The notes below the pieces were generated by a model. The model did not search any database. It was not told where the DNA came from and saw only the letters and a program-made list of their open reading frames with translations. Below are positions 1 to 11,868 of a DNA stretch of 64,000 bases, one piece after another. The translations under genes and the position numbers were made by a program. Origin of the DNA: the human T2T-CHM13v2.0 reference genome, Homo sapiens; the NCBI RefSeq assembly GCF_009914755.1, contig NC_060935.1. One strand, given 5' to 3'. How positions within the stretch are numbered: position 1 is the first letter of the stretch; the number at the start of each line of letters is the position of its first letter.

Positions 1-19
1 TGCTCCTCCAGGCCCACAG

Positions 20-239
20 TGAGGGAGGGGCCCTGCTGTCGTCCTGTTCTTTTCCCCAAACCACTTATCTCCACTTGACATTACTGTGTATTCGTTTGTC
101 ACTGTCTGTCTCCTCCAACTAGACCAGAACCTCCATGAATGTAGACACCTGCCTATTTTGTGTGCTGTCGTGTCCCCAGCACCAGGAACAATGGCTGTAC
201 TTTGTAGGTTGTTCAATAAGAATTTGTTGAATTAAAGAA
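20..239 (+). mobile_element. L2 LINE 3' end fragment
   Basis: Ends gtccccagcaccaggaacaatggct...ttcaataagaatttgttgaattaaagaa, resembling the L2 3' tail. Confidence 0.75.
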
Positions 240-344
240 CAATTTTTCTCTTGCATTTATGGGTTGACTTTTATGCCAAACAATGTCATTTGTGTGTACA
301 TGTGAATACTTAACTTTAAAATTGTTTGTAATGAAAACAGAGAG

Positions 345-470
345 ATAATTATTTTTGACCATTTTGTTACTTTTTTTCCCCACAAATGCGAAAACTGAAG
401 TCCAGAGAGCCTAAGGCATTTCTTAAGGTCAGGAGCCAGTTGATGGCCAAGCTGGGCTAGAATCTGTCCA
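345..470 (-). mobile_element. MIR SINE fragment
   Basis: acaaatgcgaaaactgaagtccagagag...aaggtca matches the antisense MIR core. Confidence 0.55.
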
Positions 471-707
471 CACTGTAGACCTGAGGGACTTTCAGAGTAC
501 CAGAGGCTAGGGAGCTGCTGGAGCTGGAAGCTTGGATTGAGTGGGTTACACAGACCCTACGACCTGTCCTCTTTTACCTCCTGTCTTACTTTCTTGGAGA
601 TAAGTGATTTGACAGAAGACATTAGTAAGAGCATGGCCATAAAAATTGGCTTCGTCATCAGCTGTTGACTTTGGGCACTTGTAAAAGGAGTCACTCCTAT
701 CTCCTGC

Positions 708-1210
708 ATGTTGGCCACCTGCTGCCTACCTCTCTAGGTCTACTCTCTACCTGCTCTGCCCCTGGCCCCACACCCAAGGCTTCCCCAGCTGGATGGCATC
801 AGTGAGCTCCCTTGCTCTCTGGCTTCTGTCTGTGTCAGGCCAGTGGGTAGCACCAGCAGAACATGGGGGAGAGAAAAACAGGAAAATTGGGGATTTATTT
901 CCCTAATTCTTTCCCTGCAGCGTCCTCATAAGCAGGCTGCATCCCTGGATCAGACAGCCCTCCCCAGGCTCCCCAGCCCTCCCCAGAGACCTCCCCTGCT
1001 GGTCTCTGCAGGGGCAGTACCTGCTCCTTCTCTTGCCCCTCCAGGCCCACGGTGGGGGGGTAAGGGCCCTGCTGTTGCCAGGCAAGGACAGGACACTACC
1101 TTTGGCTGGTTTCCTTAGACTCCACCCACACCTTTGTAAACATTTCTAAACTCTCTTCATAGTGTGGGGTGTGAGTGTGTCATTGTCCCCTAGGGTCCCT
1201 GTCTGCCACC
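708..1210 (+). mobile_element. ERVL solo LTR, LTR33/LTR41-like
   Basis: ctcccttgctctctggcttc...ggatttatttccc...cacacctttgtaaa...gagtgtgtca; collinear with the LTR at 19324. Confidence 0.7.
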
Positions 1211-3789
1211 ATGGATGAATAAGGGAGCTTACGTGGCTGGCGCAGTCCATTACAAAGCAGGGGCTTTCCAAGTGTTCATTCCTCTTCTTCCCAACTAGGA
1301 GAACAGAAAGGGTCTGTCAAAAGACATGACCTGGGAGATGAGCTCTCAGTTGGGGACCCCAGCCCTATGGCAAACGTAAGCATCTGCAGATCACAGATGC
1401 CCCTCTTTGTCCTCACCCATTTCCTGCAGGGCTGCCATCCATGGGGTGACCCAATCAGACAACCCCAGTGCTGGTGGCTCCTGAACACTGGGGCTGGTCT
1501 TAGAGCATGAGGTGTGTGGTGAGGGTGCCAGGTGGGAGGTGGGCAGGGGAGTGCCGGGGGACTTCCTACAAACCTGCTCCTCAGCTTTTCTGTCATTTAG
1601 CACCTCTGGTCCTCCTGGCCTCCCCAGGCCATGCCCAGGCCGAGACACAGCTACTCCTCCCCACTCTACCAGCAGCCTGCAGCCTCCGTCCATGCCCTGG
1701 GCTGGCGGCGGGAGAAAGCGCTGTCAGATCGCATCATGTCAGTGCTCCAGCTAGAACTCCAGCTGGGCCGAGTGACCTTGTAGGTTTTGAGGAACACGGG
1801 CAGCTGGGAAACAGAGGAATGGACTGGCCAAATTTGTACCATCTTCCCAGCTGGAGGGAGGTGGGAGCCGGGCCTCTTCTGAGCTCCAGCTCCTCCGTCT
1901 CACAGTTGCTGTTTGGGTCTGTCCCTTCAGCAACCTGGCCACAGCTGGGTGTGAGATTAGACTTTAGCGTGGCTTTTCTCATTCTGCGAGCTCCAAGGAA
2001 TTCATTATCAAGGAAAGAGGGGATTTCTTCTCCAGGGTAAAGAAGGTTCTAGCTCCTCGTGGAGCCTGTGTTCTCCGATGAGTGGCTGAAAAACCACAAT
2101 TCATCTCTACCGAGCACTTTGCAGTTGTAAATGCATGATCTCTCTGGAGCTTCACAGTATACTCACAAGAGAGGAACATTCAGCTGTTTTTATTACAGTG
2201 GAGGAACCAGAAGCCCAGGGATGGTTACATGAACTGTCCAAGCCAATGCCACTGGGCACCAGCAGAGAGGGGACCCAGAGCCAACCTGGCTGACTCCATA
2301 ACCAGATGAAGACTTTCCCCTGAAGGTTATTTCTAATGGTGAGATCATTTCCTTGCCTTTCTCTTGCTCCCTCCCTCCAGCTCATCGATTGTGGGTAGCC
2401 TAGAAAACAAAGTCAAGATTTTGGCTTAATCTCATCGAGGTCAACTTCCTGAAAAAGGTGGGTTGAAGGCAGTGCAACAGGCAGGAACCCTGACTGGGGC
2501 AACTGTCAGGGATCCATCAGGACATGCCCCAGGGTAGCTTTTGATTATCATGGAGGACCCTTCCCCAGCTCTTGGTGTCTGTATCTTGGCAAATCATCTT
2601 CCTTGTCCCCATCCCTTTGCTGTCTTGGCAGCAGAAGGGATTTCAGTTCGACTTTGGGAAGAACATCCCTGCTCTCCCTTTGAGAAGAATCTTGGACAGG
2701 TTCCTATTCTTTCAGGGATACCACAGTGTGGTCAGGTTGCTACTTCTTGACACTGCGTTTGGGTTAAGCCCGTTCCACTCCTGTCTTTTGTTTTTGCTTT
2801 TTCCCCTAATCGTCTATAGACTTCCCTGGTGCAGAGCAATCACCCTATGGAGCATGGCCCTGAAGCTGAGGGGTGCAGTGGAGGCCGTGTTCGGGGTCGG
2901 TGGTGACATAATCCTGGAAAAGCTCCATCTGTCATCTCTGGCCTTTTACTGTTGTAACAGCACTTATGGTCCCAGCCAACTGCTGAGGAATCTGTCTGTG
3001 GTTTAATTAGCCTATAACTCCAGCCTCCCCTACCATGCAAGAAAGCAATAAACAGCTTCCGTCCTCTTAGAGGGACTGGGAAGTCACAGCAGGGGGAGCT
3101 CCATGGGGCCTGAGGCCAACAAGGTCTTTGAGGACAAATGAAGGACTTGGGGACCCACAGGGGACTCTTGGCTCATGCCTCCTTTCTCTGCTTGGGCCGT
3201 GGGAGGCCAGCCAGTGGACCTCAAATGAAAAATAGCAAAAGTAGCAAAACAACCCCTCATGTTTACAAAGAGCCTCTCATCCATCAGGAGCGTTCTAAGA
3301 CAAGATCTCAGTAGGAGCCACTGCGGACCTTGGTTTATTCTTATATAAATGAGGCCATTGGGCTCAAGGATTCCTGAAGTCTCTTCTCCGACCAGACTTT
3401 TTGTGGGTTCCATGGTCCTAATAGAATTCTGGTGATGTGATGACATCTGGAGCTGGTGTCATTAGCCTCATCTTAGAGTTAAGAATGCCAAGGAGCAGAG
3501 AGGGAAGTGACAAGCCACAGCCCATTCAGCGAGTCCTGCCAGAGCCAGACCCAGACCCTGGTGAGGTGGGTGGTGGAAGGAGATGGACCCTGATGTCTGT
3601 CTTCTTAGCTCAAGGAGATGGAGGTGGGAGGATGGGGGCCAGAGGCCCTGTAGCTCTTCCCCTGATCCATTTTGAGGAAGGGTCTATCCTATCACCCTGC
3701 AAGAGCGGGAGGCTGGGGAGCTTATCTGGTGATGGTGGGGCATCTGGTCCCCACATGTGCAGACCAGGATCCATGCCTGAGCCTCTCCA

Positions 3790-3904
3790 CTAGCATACCT
3801 ACTCCAAGAACGTGGTCTATTTTGTTTCCTGTGGTATCCCCAGTGCCTAGAACAGTATCTGGCATAAGATGGTACCCAAGTAATGCTCGTCATTGAATGA
3901 CTGA
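3790..3904 (+). mobile_element. L2 3' end fragment
   Basis: gtatccccagtgcctagaacagtatctggcata...tgaatgactga. Confidence 0.7.
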
Positions 3905-4879
3905 GAGACAAGTCTAGGCCCCTGGGATGCCAGGGCCCCCATTCCCCACACCCTGATCCTCTCTGCAAGTCCAGACACATGAGCAGTGTAAGCATTGCTA
4001 GCCGGGCACTGGGCCACAAAGGTTTCCGAGATCCAGAGAAAATCCTCCCCTGCTTGGCTCCCCACTTTTTTCTGGTTGCATCTGAGCACCCCCTGACTTT
4101 CTGCCCCTTTCCCTCACCTTACCCAGTCCCCTCAGTGTGTGATGGATGTCCTGCCAGGGACAGAGGGTTCGATCTGGATTTCCAATCTCCTCTGGATGCA
4201 CCAACGCCAAAATACAATACACAATTACAGGGACACGATACATTAGTGATCACTGAGAGAAAGAAGCCCCTTTTAGGCAGCAACGCCAACGGCTGTGTCT
4301 AAACTTATGGATACAGTCAGCTCAGAGTCCCTCCAGTCCCCGGGCAGGAAGTGAGCAGTCTCCAATACCCCATACCCATCCTCCCTCTGGGAGTCCTTCC
4401 AGGCTCCAGAGCCTCAGTTACCTCTACCTCTCCCATGTAGCCAGCACCATTCTGTCCCTTGGGGTTTTCTCCCTCTGGCTATAGCAGAGGACTTGGTCTC
4501 CCAGCACCTACTCTGTGCTGCCTTCCAAGCATGTACAAAAGCCCTTTTCCTTCCAAGGGACCATCTACTGGGCCATTTAGGGAACAGAGGGGGGGTGACA
4601 GATCCCACAAGATAAGAGACAATCATGTGGGCTGCCACCTGCACCTGCGAGTCACCATCCCTGGCCTTCACTTCTTGCCTCCACGGTCACCACTGTTTGC
4701 CCTGCTGGCCACTGGCTTCTCTTTCACCCCAGATACCCAGAGGCCTGGAAACACAATCTGGGCAGTACAGGAAATGCAACTGCCCTCCCTGTCTCTAGGG
4801 CCGGACCAGCTCCAGACGGCCTCCTGCCTGGGCTGCATCTGTCTGCACAGGGTGCACCAAAGAGAGGATCACCCCCTCC

Positions 4880-5030
4880 TCTCCAGAGTTTTGAAAGCTA
4901 GGATTCAGGATCAGGATCTGTAAGCCCCTAAAATTACATGACAACTTGGTGTCTATGTGTATCTGCACTTTTTCTGGAAAGAGGTTTTCATAGCCTTCAG
5001 ATTCTCAAAGTCCTTTAGAACAAAAAAAGG
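4880..5030. mobile_element. hAT-Charlie MITE fragment (MER117-like)
   Basis: tgcactttttctggaaagaggttttcatagccttcagattctcaaag resembles the recalled consensus. Confidence 0.4.
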
Positions 5031-5659
5031 TGGTCCATGCCTACAAGGGTGGTGACAAGAGCCGAGTGGGTGTGGGGGCTGAGCTTGCTGAAATAGTAAA
5101 TAGGAGTTTGGAAGTTTATTTTATTGCCTTAAGCCCGGAATTACATTTTCTTTGCATGTGGATGAGTCTGCTTTTCTGGTTTGCCAAATAGGTTGACCAT
5201 TGATGTCCAGGTGAACACACAGAGTTAGCCCAGCCCAGACCACGGCATAAACCCAGGGTGTAATTCAGCCCCAGAACAACCCCCAGGGCAGGGGCCAAAC
5301 ACCTTTAAAGCAGAGCCCAAGCTATCGCAGCCACCCAACCTGAACACTCAGTGCGCAGCTGACAGCCAGCTGGACGTGGGGCTGAGTGACCTCAAGCCTA
5401 GGCTGAGGGTCCCTCAGAACACAGCCCCTTCCCTCAAACCCTTGGGGTATTGGAAGAGACTCCGCTGAGGCCCACTCCCAGCTACCAGGTGAGGACTCCA
5501 GGCACCTTGCTTGTGATCAGGCCTCCAATCTCTGCATATTCCAGGAACATGAGTCTGAGCTTGCTCGTCTCACTGAGAAAGCACGCAGGCCAGGAGACCA
5601 AGAAGCAGGTGGGAGGTAGGTGATAAATATCACAGCCCCTCAGCCTGCTGAGACCGTAT

Positions 5660-6060
5660 GACCTTTGTTGAATCACCTAATCTACTTGGCTAATTATGCC
5701 CATTTCCCCTTCTCTCTTTTCCTCTTACTTTTCCTTCCTTGTCACAACGTGGTACTTCAGAAACTCTCTCGGAGGAATTTCAAGGAGCTGGCTGGGTCTC
5801 TGTGGAACACATTGCATTATCTCATTACGATCTCGCCTGGTGATCGGATTCCGTTAGCTGACTCTCTTTATTAGCAGGCAAAAGCAAACTTATGAAATGC
5901 CTTTAAACCTGGATTTCCTTAACAATCTATCACTGGGGAACTGACAGCTCTCGCTCGCTTCCCTCTGCCAGAAAGAATTAAGATTGTTCCTAATTTAATC
6001 TCTCTTCCGCATCGAAGGCGGATATTTGTGTTTCAGCAGCAAACTTGTATTAAAGGCTCT
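5660..6060. promoter_or_regulatory. Candidate conserved non-coding enhancer
   Basis: Repeat-free, dense TAAT/ATTA cores, TGACAG at 5942, retained CpGs. Inference only. Confidence 0.35.
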
Positions 6061-6414
6061 TGGGTAGGAGGCTTTGGATCGTCACAGACTAACTCTGATA
6101 GGTGTCTGTGTGCCTTCGTGCAGATGGGGCTGGCCCTGGCTTCAGGGGCCCTGGGCAGAGGCTCCCAGATGCTGCCCTTGATGAAACTTGCAGCCCTGTG
6201 GCCCTGCTGGGAAAAGATAAGAGGGCAGATTTGAGAATCACTGGCTTTGTAGTGTCAGCGTAAGGGTGTTGGGGGATGGCTGAGGCTGTCACAGACACTG
6301 CCCATTGTACAGCTGTCTGGCACGTCGGCCCTCTAGCTTTCTACAAGTCAGAATCACCAGGCTGCTCTTGACAGCATTCCAGCTGAGCTGTGCCCTGGCT
6401 GTACTCCCATGGGC

Positions 6415-6830
6415 ATGGTGCAGGGATGTTGGTACCCCCCCAAGTCCCCTTTGCTGGATGGGTGCAGCCCATCCCCCAGCCCCTGTGTGTGTTGGCCACT
6501 AAAGCCCCCAGCTGCCCCTTCTCTGGATAATTCACCTGAGCTGAGTAGGAGCTGCCTGCCATCAGAGGCTAGCTACATGCCTTCTCAGTTCCCTTGCCCT
6601 AAGCCAACAGCTGATGACCGACTAACAGACAGTAGGGAAAAAAGACCGGGCCCCTTGCCTCAAGGTGAGCCTGACCTTGTGGTATCATTTGTGCTCCTAA
6701 GCTCCCGGTGGATTGAGACTGAAGCTGATCTCGGGCCCAGACCACATCCTTATTTCCTTCCTTCTCCCCATTTCTCCTGAGAACGCTTCTCCAGCAACAC
6801 TTTCACGAATGTCTGCTTCTGGGATATGGT
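6415..6830 (+). mobile_element. LTR16A-like solo LTR (ERVL)
   Basis: ggtgcagcccatcccccagc...cagctgccccttctctgga...ggccccttgcctcaagg...tttctcctgaga follow LTR16A order. Confidence 0.75.
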
Positions 6831-7669
6831 TGCCCTTGGGCTGCTTGGGCTTCTGGGCTCTGATGTGCCTCCCTCTGGGTCAGATTGGGCATGGAGGGAC
6901 TTGCTGTGGACAGTCGAGGCTGGTGGTACCCTGCAGTCAGCCGTGAGCAGTAGCCTGGCCCCACAGGCTGCTTCCTGAGGACCTGGCACTTCCTGAGAAC
7001 CCCCACACACCCACCCACCATGGAAAGGTTTGGCTGTGGGTGCCTGCCTGGGACACCCCCCATCCTTACTTGTGGAGCACATAAGCTGCTCTCCGACACT
7101 GCTCTGAACCATGGCCTCTTAGACACGCATCACCCCAACCAGGACTGTGGAGCCTGACGTGGCGCTCCCTGCCAAGCACATCACGTCCCCTCCAGGCACT
7201 CTGCACGGAGATTTGGGTGGCTGCAGATGAGGGGGAAAGAGCTGTGTTGGAAAATCCTATTATCTAGCCAGGCCCCCACTGTTAGCCCATGCATGAAACC
7301 AATTTACAAAGTGTGAGTCAAAAGCCTCCAAGGACCGCCTGTTCTTGCGGGAGCCCAGCAATCACCCTGCCCGCGGGCCTCTGCAGACGCAATGCCGTCT
7401 GCGCTCCGTCCACTGAAAAGCTCTGCTCAGAGATGTCAGTCAGTGCCCTGGGCCGGCCACCCCCCTGCTCTGCTGGATGTCGGGAGAATGTATTACTGAG
7501 AGAGAAGAGAAACACTCTGAATGGAGCATGATTATTTTCAGATCTCCATTTTGCTGATGGCTTGAGCAAGCCCAGGTGAGACTCCTCGGGTTACAGAGGT
7601 TTTCTGAAGGTCATACTGTCTGTCCATCTTCTGTCGCCGGGTGCAGGCAGGGGCGAGGAGGCTCGGACC

Positions 7670-7830
7670 ATAGTTGTAACTGGGGCAAGGCACTTAACCT
7701 CCTCTGAGCCTGGGCTTCCTTTTCTATAAAAGGAAAACACCTGCAGAGGGCTAGCAGGGCTCCATGAGATGACGCACACAGAAGTGCCCACCACACAGTA
7801 GGCCCTCAACACATGTTTATTATCATTTTT
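7670..7830 (+). mobile_element. MIR fragment
   Basis: gggcaaggcacttaacctcctctgagcct...cacacagtaggccctcaa. Confidence 0.6.
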
Positions 7831-7999
7831 GCCTGAAACACAATAGTTTCTACAAGGGTCCCAGGAAGGAGATGCTTCTGTTTTCTTTGTAGAATAATCT
7901 TACGTGTCTTAGCCTGTGTAACAGGCAAGAAAGTTCTCTGATCTATCCAAAGTGTCGCTTATGGAAAAAGAAATTACTCTGTCTCAGAAGAGACCTGTT

Positions 8000-8195
8000 A
8001 CTACTAGCTAACACCGACCGAGTACTGCCTGTGTGCCAGGCACTGTGCTGGGTATTTTACACACATTTAACTGTTTAAGCCTCACTACGACCCTGGGTGC
8101 TGGATACTGTTATTATACCTGTTTCACAGATGGAGAAACTGACAAACAGAAATTGCCCCAAATCACACAGCTAGTAAGTGAAGATGGGATACAAG
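8000..8195 (-). mobile_element. MIR
   Basis: tgtgccaggcactgtgct...acagatggagaaactga...cacacagctagtaagtg. Confidence 0.8.
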
Positions 8196-8944
8196 TACGA
8201 TGTAGAAGATGTTGACAGAGGGACACCATGAGATGCTTATCTCAAATTCAGTCACCCAGCGTGTGAGACCAGAGGTGGGGATTCTCTGCTCTGCTTCATC
8301 TAGGGAAGCTGCGGCTGGAGAAGTGGGCCCACCCTCTCCTCACACCTTCGTCCCCCTCCTCCTGGCTCCCCATATCAGATTTGAACAGAAATTGGGCCAC
8401 TCCATCTTTGACATTAGCCTCCTCCTCAAATGTCCCAGCAGGCTGGGGAGAGCCTCAGAGATGGGAGCCGGCTTGGGCCTACAAATCTCGCCTTCCTGCC
8501 CAAACCGGGGTTCAGCCCACTAGGCCATTTTCATTCAGCGGGTCAAAAAGGGCATTGCCAAGGCTTCTCTTCCCCCGATCTCCTGCTTCTAGGTGTCCTG
8601 TTTCTCAGTGGACAGTGTTGATCCAACCAACTACAGAAGTCTGTCCTCCATTTCCCAGGGACAGGGGTTCTGGTCCCTTCCAGGGGCAATGAGAGTGACC
8701 TCTAGGTCTTAGTGTGAAGGATCCTGGAGGTCACACAGAACACAGCAATGACATGTGTGGGCTCTTGAGTCAAGTCAATGTTTGTATGTACTGGGACCTC
8801 ACTTTCCTCACCTGTAAAATGGGGAGTTGGGGGGATTTAATGTGTACAATGCAGTGGCTAAAATAGGTTAAATAATGGCTACTACAGTGGCTAGACCCAA
8901 AATTAAAATTTGCCTTTCCTGTTTGGATCATCTGGAAAATTCAC

Positions 8945-9247
8945 TTTTTTTTTTTTTTCTTGAGACAGAGTCTCACTTTGTCATCCAGGCAGGAGTGCAG
9001 CAGTGGCACGATCTCAGCTCACTACAACCTCCACTTCCTAGGTTCACGTGATTCTCCTGCCTCAGCCTCCTATGGAGCTGTGATTACAGGTGCCCACCAC
9101 CACACCTGGCTAAGTTCTATATTTTGAGTAGAGATGGGGATTTCACCATGTTGGCCGGGCTGGTCTCAAACTCCTGACCTCAAGTGATTCACCCACCTCG
9201 GCCTCCCAAAGTGCTGGGATTACAGGCATAAGCCACTGCACCTAGTC
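8945..9247 (-). mobile_element. AluS (Sx/Sz-like), full length
   Basis: Poly-T followed by both Alu arms in antisense, ending gccactgcacctagtc. Confidence 0.95.
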
Positions 9248-10384
9248 TCACATTTCTACTCAAAGCAGTCGTAAGGTTCAGTGAATCAATGTGAGGGCTT
9301 TGTCTCTCAGCTTGATCTACAAGTTTTTGACAAACCAGAGGTGAGCGGAAAGGAGAAAGAAGCTGAGGTGAGCAGGCAGGTGTGGGTAGGGATGGCCAAG
9401 AGGACCATGAAGCCAAGCCGGTTATTTGTCTCCAGGTGAGCCTGGGGAGCCCAGAGCTCATTAGAAGCCCTTGATCAGCTAGCAGTGGACGCAGCCTGGT
9501 TAGACAACTAGGCCCTCTCTAACGGGGCCTCCAGGGGGCTGCACCACCCTGAGTGGAGGGTATCCTCTGGTCACGGGTACTCCGTCTCGTCCTATGTGGC
9601 AGTCTGCAGAGTGTCAGCACTGGTCCTTCCCAGCCCCACCCCGACCCTTGTGGGGTAGGGTGATGGTGGAGAGCCCTCAGGCACTACAGAGAGAACTGGG
9701 CTGTCTGTAACCTCCAGGCACCATGGACCATGCTTCAGAATCCCCAGGACCTGAAAACCTGCCCTCTCCATGGGACGCACAGGACCACGTCATCAGTGGG
9801 TGACAGATGCTCCCAAAGAGATCCTGCACCCCTTCTATGACCAGATAGGGCTCCACTAGCCCTTACCTGGTGCTCTGCCCCCAGAGCTGGGCACCAGCCC
9901 CTTTTCTACCGTAAGGGTCCTCAATGTAGCCCCTTCACCCTGGCAAAACTCCAGCATGGGTCTGATAGACTCTCTCCTGAAAGTATTTCCTGACCAGGAC
10001 AGACACTGGGAGCCCACCTGTCGATGAGCCAGCCAGCCCTGGTGAACTTCCAAGGGTCACTGAGGGCCCTCCAGACCGTACGAAGTGTCCATTCTCTATG
10101 AAAGGGGCCTTTCAGCCCCACAGACAAGAAGGTCCCTGCACATGTGGAAAGCACTGTGGACCCAACGAAGGCTTCCACAGGAAGGCAAGCGGGAGTCCTT
10201 CCTGCCTCCAGGTCTTGGCTTGGAGGAAGGAGAATGGCAGAGAAGAGATCACAGGGCTGGTCCTGCCTCGAATAGTGTTGTGAGTCTTTCTGAGCTGAGT
10301 TTAGAGGCAGCAGTTCAGAAGGAACTACAGTTTCCCTCCTCCTGCGCAGGCCCACAGGGGTGCTCACAGGCCAACAACCTGCGC

Positions 10385-10553
10385 CACTGGTTGGAATCAC
10401 CCGGGAGCTTTCCAGAACCCTAATGCCTGGAGTCCTACCCAGAAATTCTCATTTTGATTGGAATGAGGTGTGGCCTGGGCACTGAGATTTTTAAAGGCTC
10501 CGATCTAAAATTTTTTTAAGATTTTTAATCTTCAGCCAAGTTTGAGAACCCTG
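10385..10553. mobile_element. MER5A hAT MITE
   Basis: ttggaatcacccgggagc...gtgtggcctgggc...gccaagtttgagaacc terminal motif. Confidence 0.75.
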
Positions 10554-10889
10554 GAGTCCACATGCACATAGAGACAGCAATGGCCCCAGATTCTGGCTTT
10601 GTAACGGTGTCTCCATCGTCTCAAATGCTGTCCTCAACTTCCCCAAATAGTTTTAACATAGCTTACATCAAAAGAAAATATTTATTATAAGATTATTTGG
10701 GAAGATATTGAGAAATTAGGCAAAGAATGAAAGGTATAGTAGAGAATTCCTTCATGATAATTAAGTCTATGATTAATTGTACTCAGCTGTGGGCTGATGT
10801 CTCTAGAGGGTGGAGTTAAAGGTCCGTTCATCAGTGGTCTGAAGCAACTTACCACTCTACATCCTTGAGGCCTGGGAAAACCACAGACT

Positions 10890-11055
10890 TCTTAACTTTT
10901 TACTTTGAAACAATTATAGATACACAGGAAGTTACAAAAATAGTAAGAAGAGGCCCCACATACCCTCTCCCAGTGGTAACATTTCATATAACTATATTTG
11001 ATATCAAAACTAGGAAGTTAACATGGATGCAATCCACAGACCTTACTAAATTCCA
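10890..11055 (-). mobile_element. Old L1M (L1MC/MD-like) 3' UTR fragment
   Basis: ttttactttgaaacaattatagatacacaggaagttacaaaaatagta...atcaaaactaggaa. Confidence 0.65.
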
Positions 11056-11132
11056 AGACTTTTTGTTGACCTTTAATTCCTTGGTTTTTATTTATTCATT
11101 CATTCAAAAAACTTTTATGGAGTCACCGGCAT

Positions 11133-11338
11133 AATAGTTATCAAAGTGTGTTCTGCAGAGAACCTATATCAGATTTACCCAAGAAACTTACTAAAAATGC
11201 AAATTCCTAAGCCTCAGTCTCAGACCTATTGAGTCAGACCACATGGGGGTGGAGCTGGCAGGTGGCGCGGGGTGGGGGTCAGTGTTTTAACAAGTTTCCC
11301 AGGTGATTCTTAGGTTCACAAAAGTTAGAAAGCCACTA
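11133..11338. mobile_element. MER5-family MITE (within an antisense L2 fragment)
   Basis: tcaaagtgtgttctgcag...aaaatgcaaattcct...ttttaacaagtttcccaggtgattct...aaagccact. Confidence 0.75.
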
Positions 11339-11639
11339 AACCGCTGGCCAGCAGGCATGGGCTCAGCACGAGAAATACACTTAAGAAAGACTGGTTGCTG
11401 CCCTCACCGGAGACAGATACAAATAGCAACAACAAGGCTGGAATCAAGTCATGAACAAACACAGTAAGACACTCGGGAAATATCTAATCTCCTGGGGTGA
11501 ATGGGGAGGAGTTTTGGAGGCTGAGCATATTAGAGTTGGGTTTTGACAGGTAAGTAGGAGTTTGATAGTTGGGCAAGAGAATAAAATCTCAACCATAGCT
11601 TTAATATCTGGTCTCCCTCTACCTTTGAAGCAAAATTTC

Positions 11640-11868
11640 TGAGATGTAATCTCCTTAATGGCGAGGAGTCCTATTCATCTGTGTGTCCCCAACACGATGA
11701 ATAGGACTGAGATTTTAAAAGGCTCCAGGCCACATTAATCTTCAGCCAAGTTTGAGAACCACTGGAGTCCACACACACATAGAGACAGCAATGGCTCCAG
11801 ATTCTGGCTTTGTAACAGTGAGCCTGGTACACTGAAGGGGCTCAATAAACATTTGATGAATGAAAGCG
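11640..11868 (+). mobile_element. L2 3' end interrupted by a duplicated segment
   Basis: ttcatctgtgtgtccccaacac ... gcctggtacactgaaggggctcaataaacatttgatgaatgaa. Confidence 0.65.
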
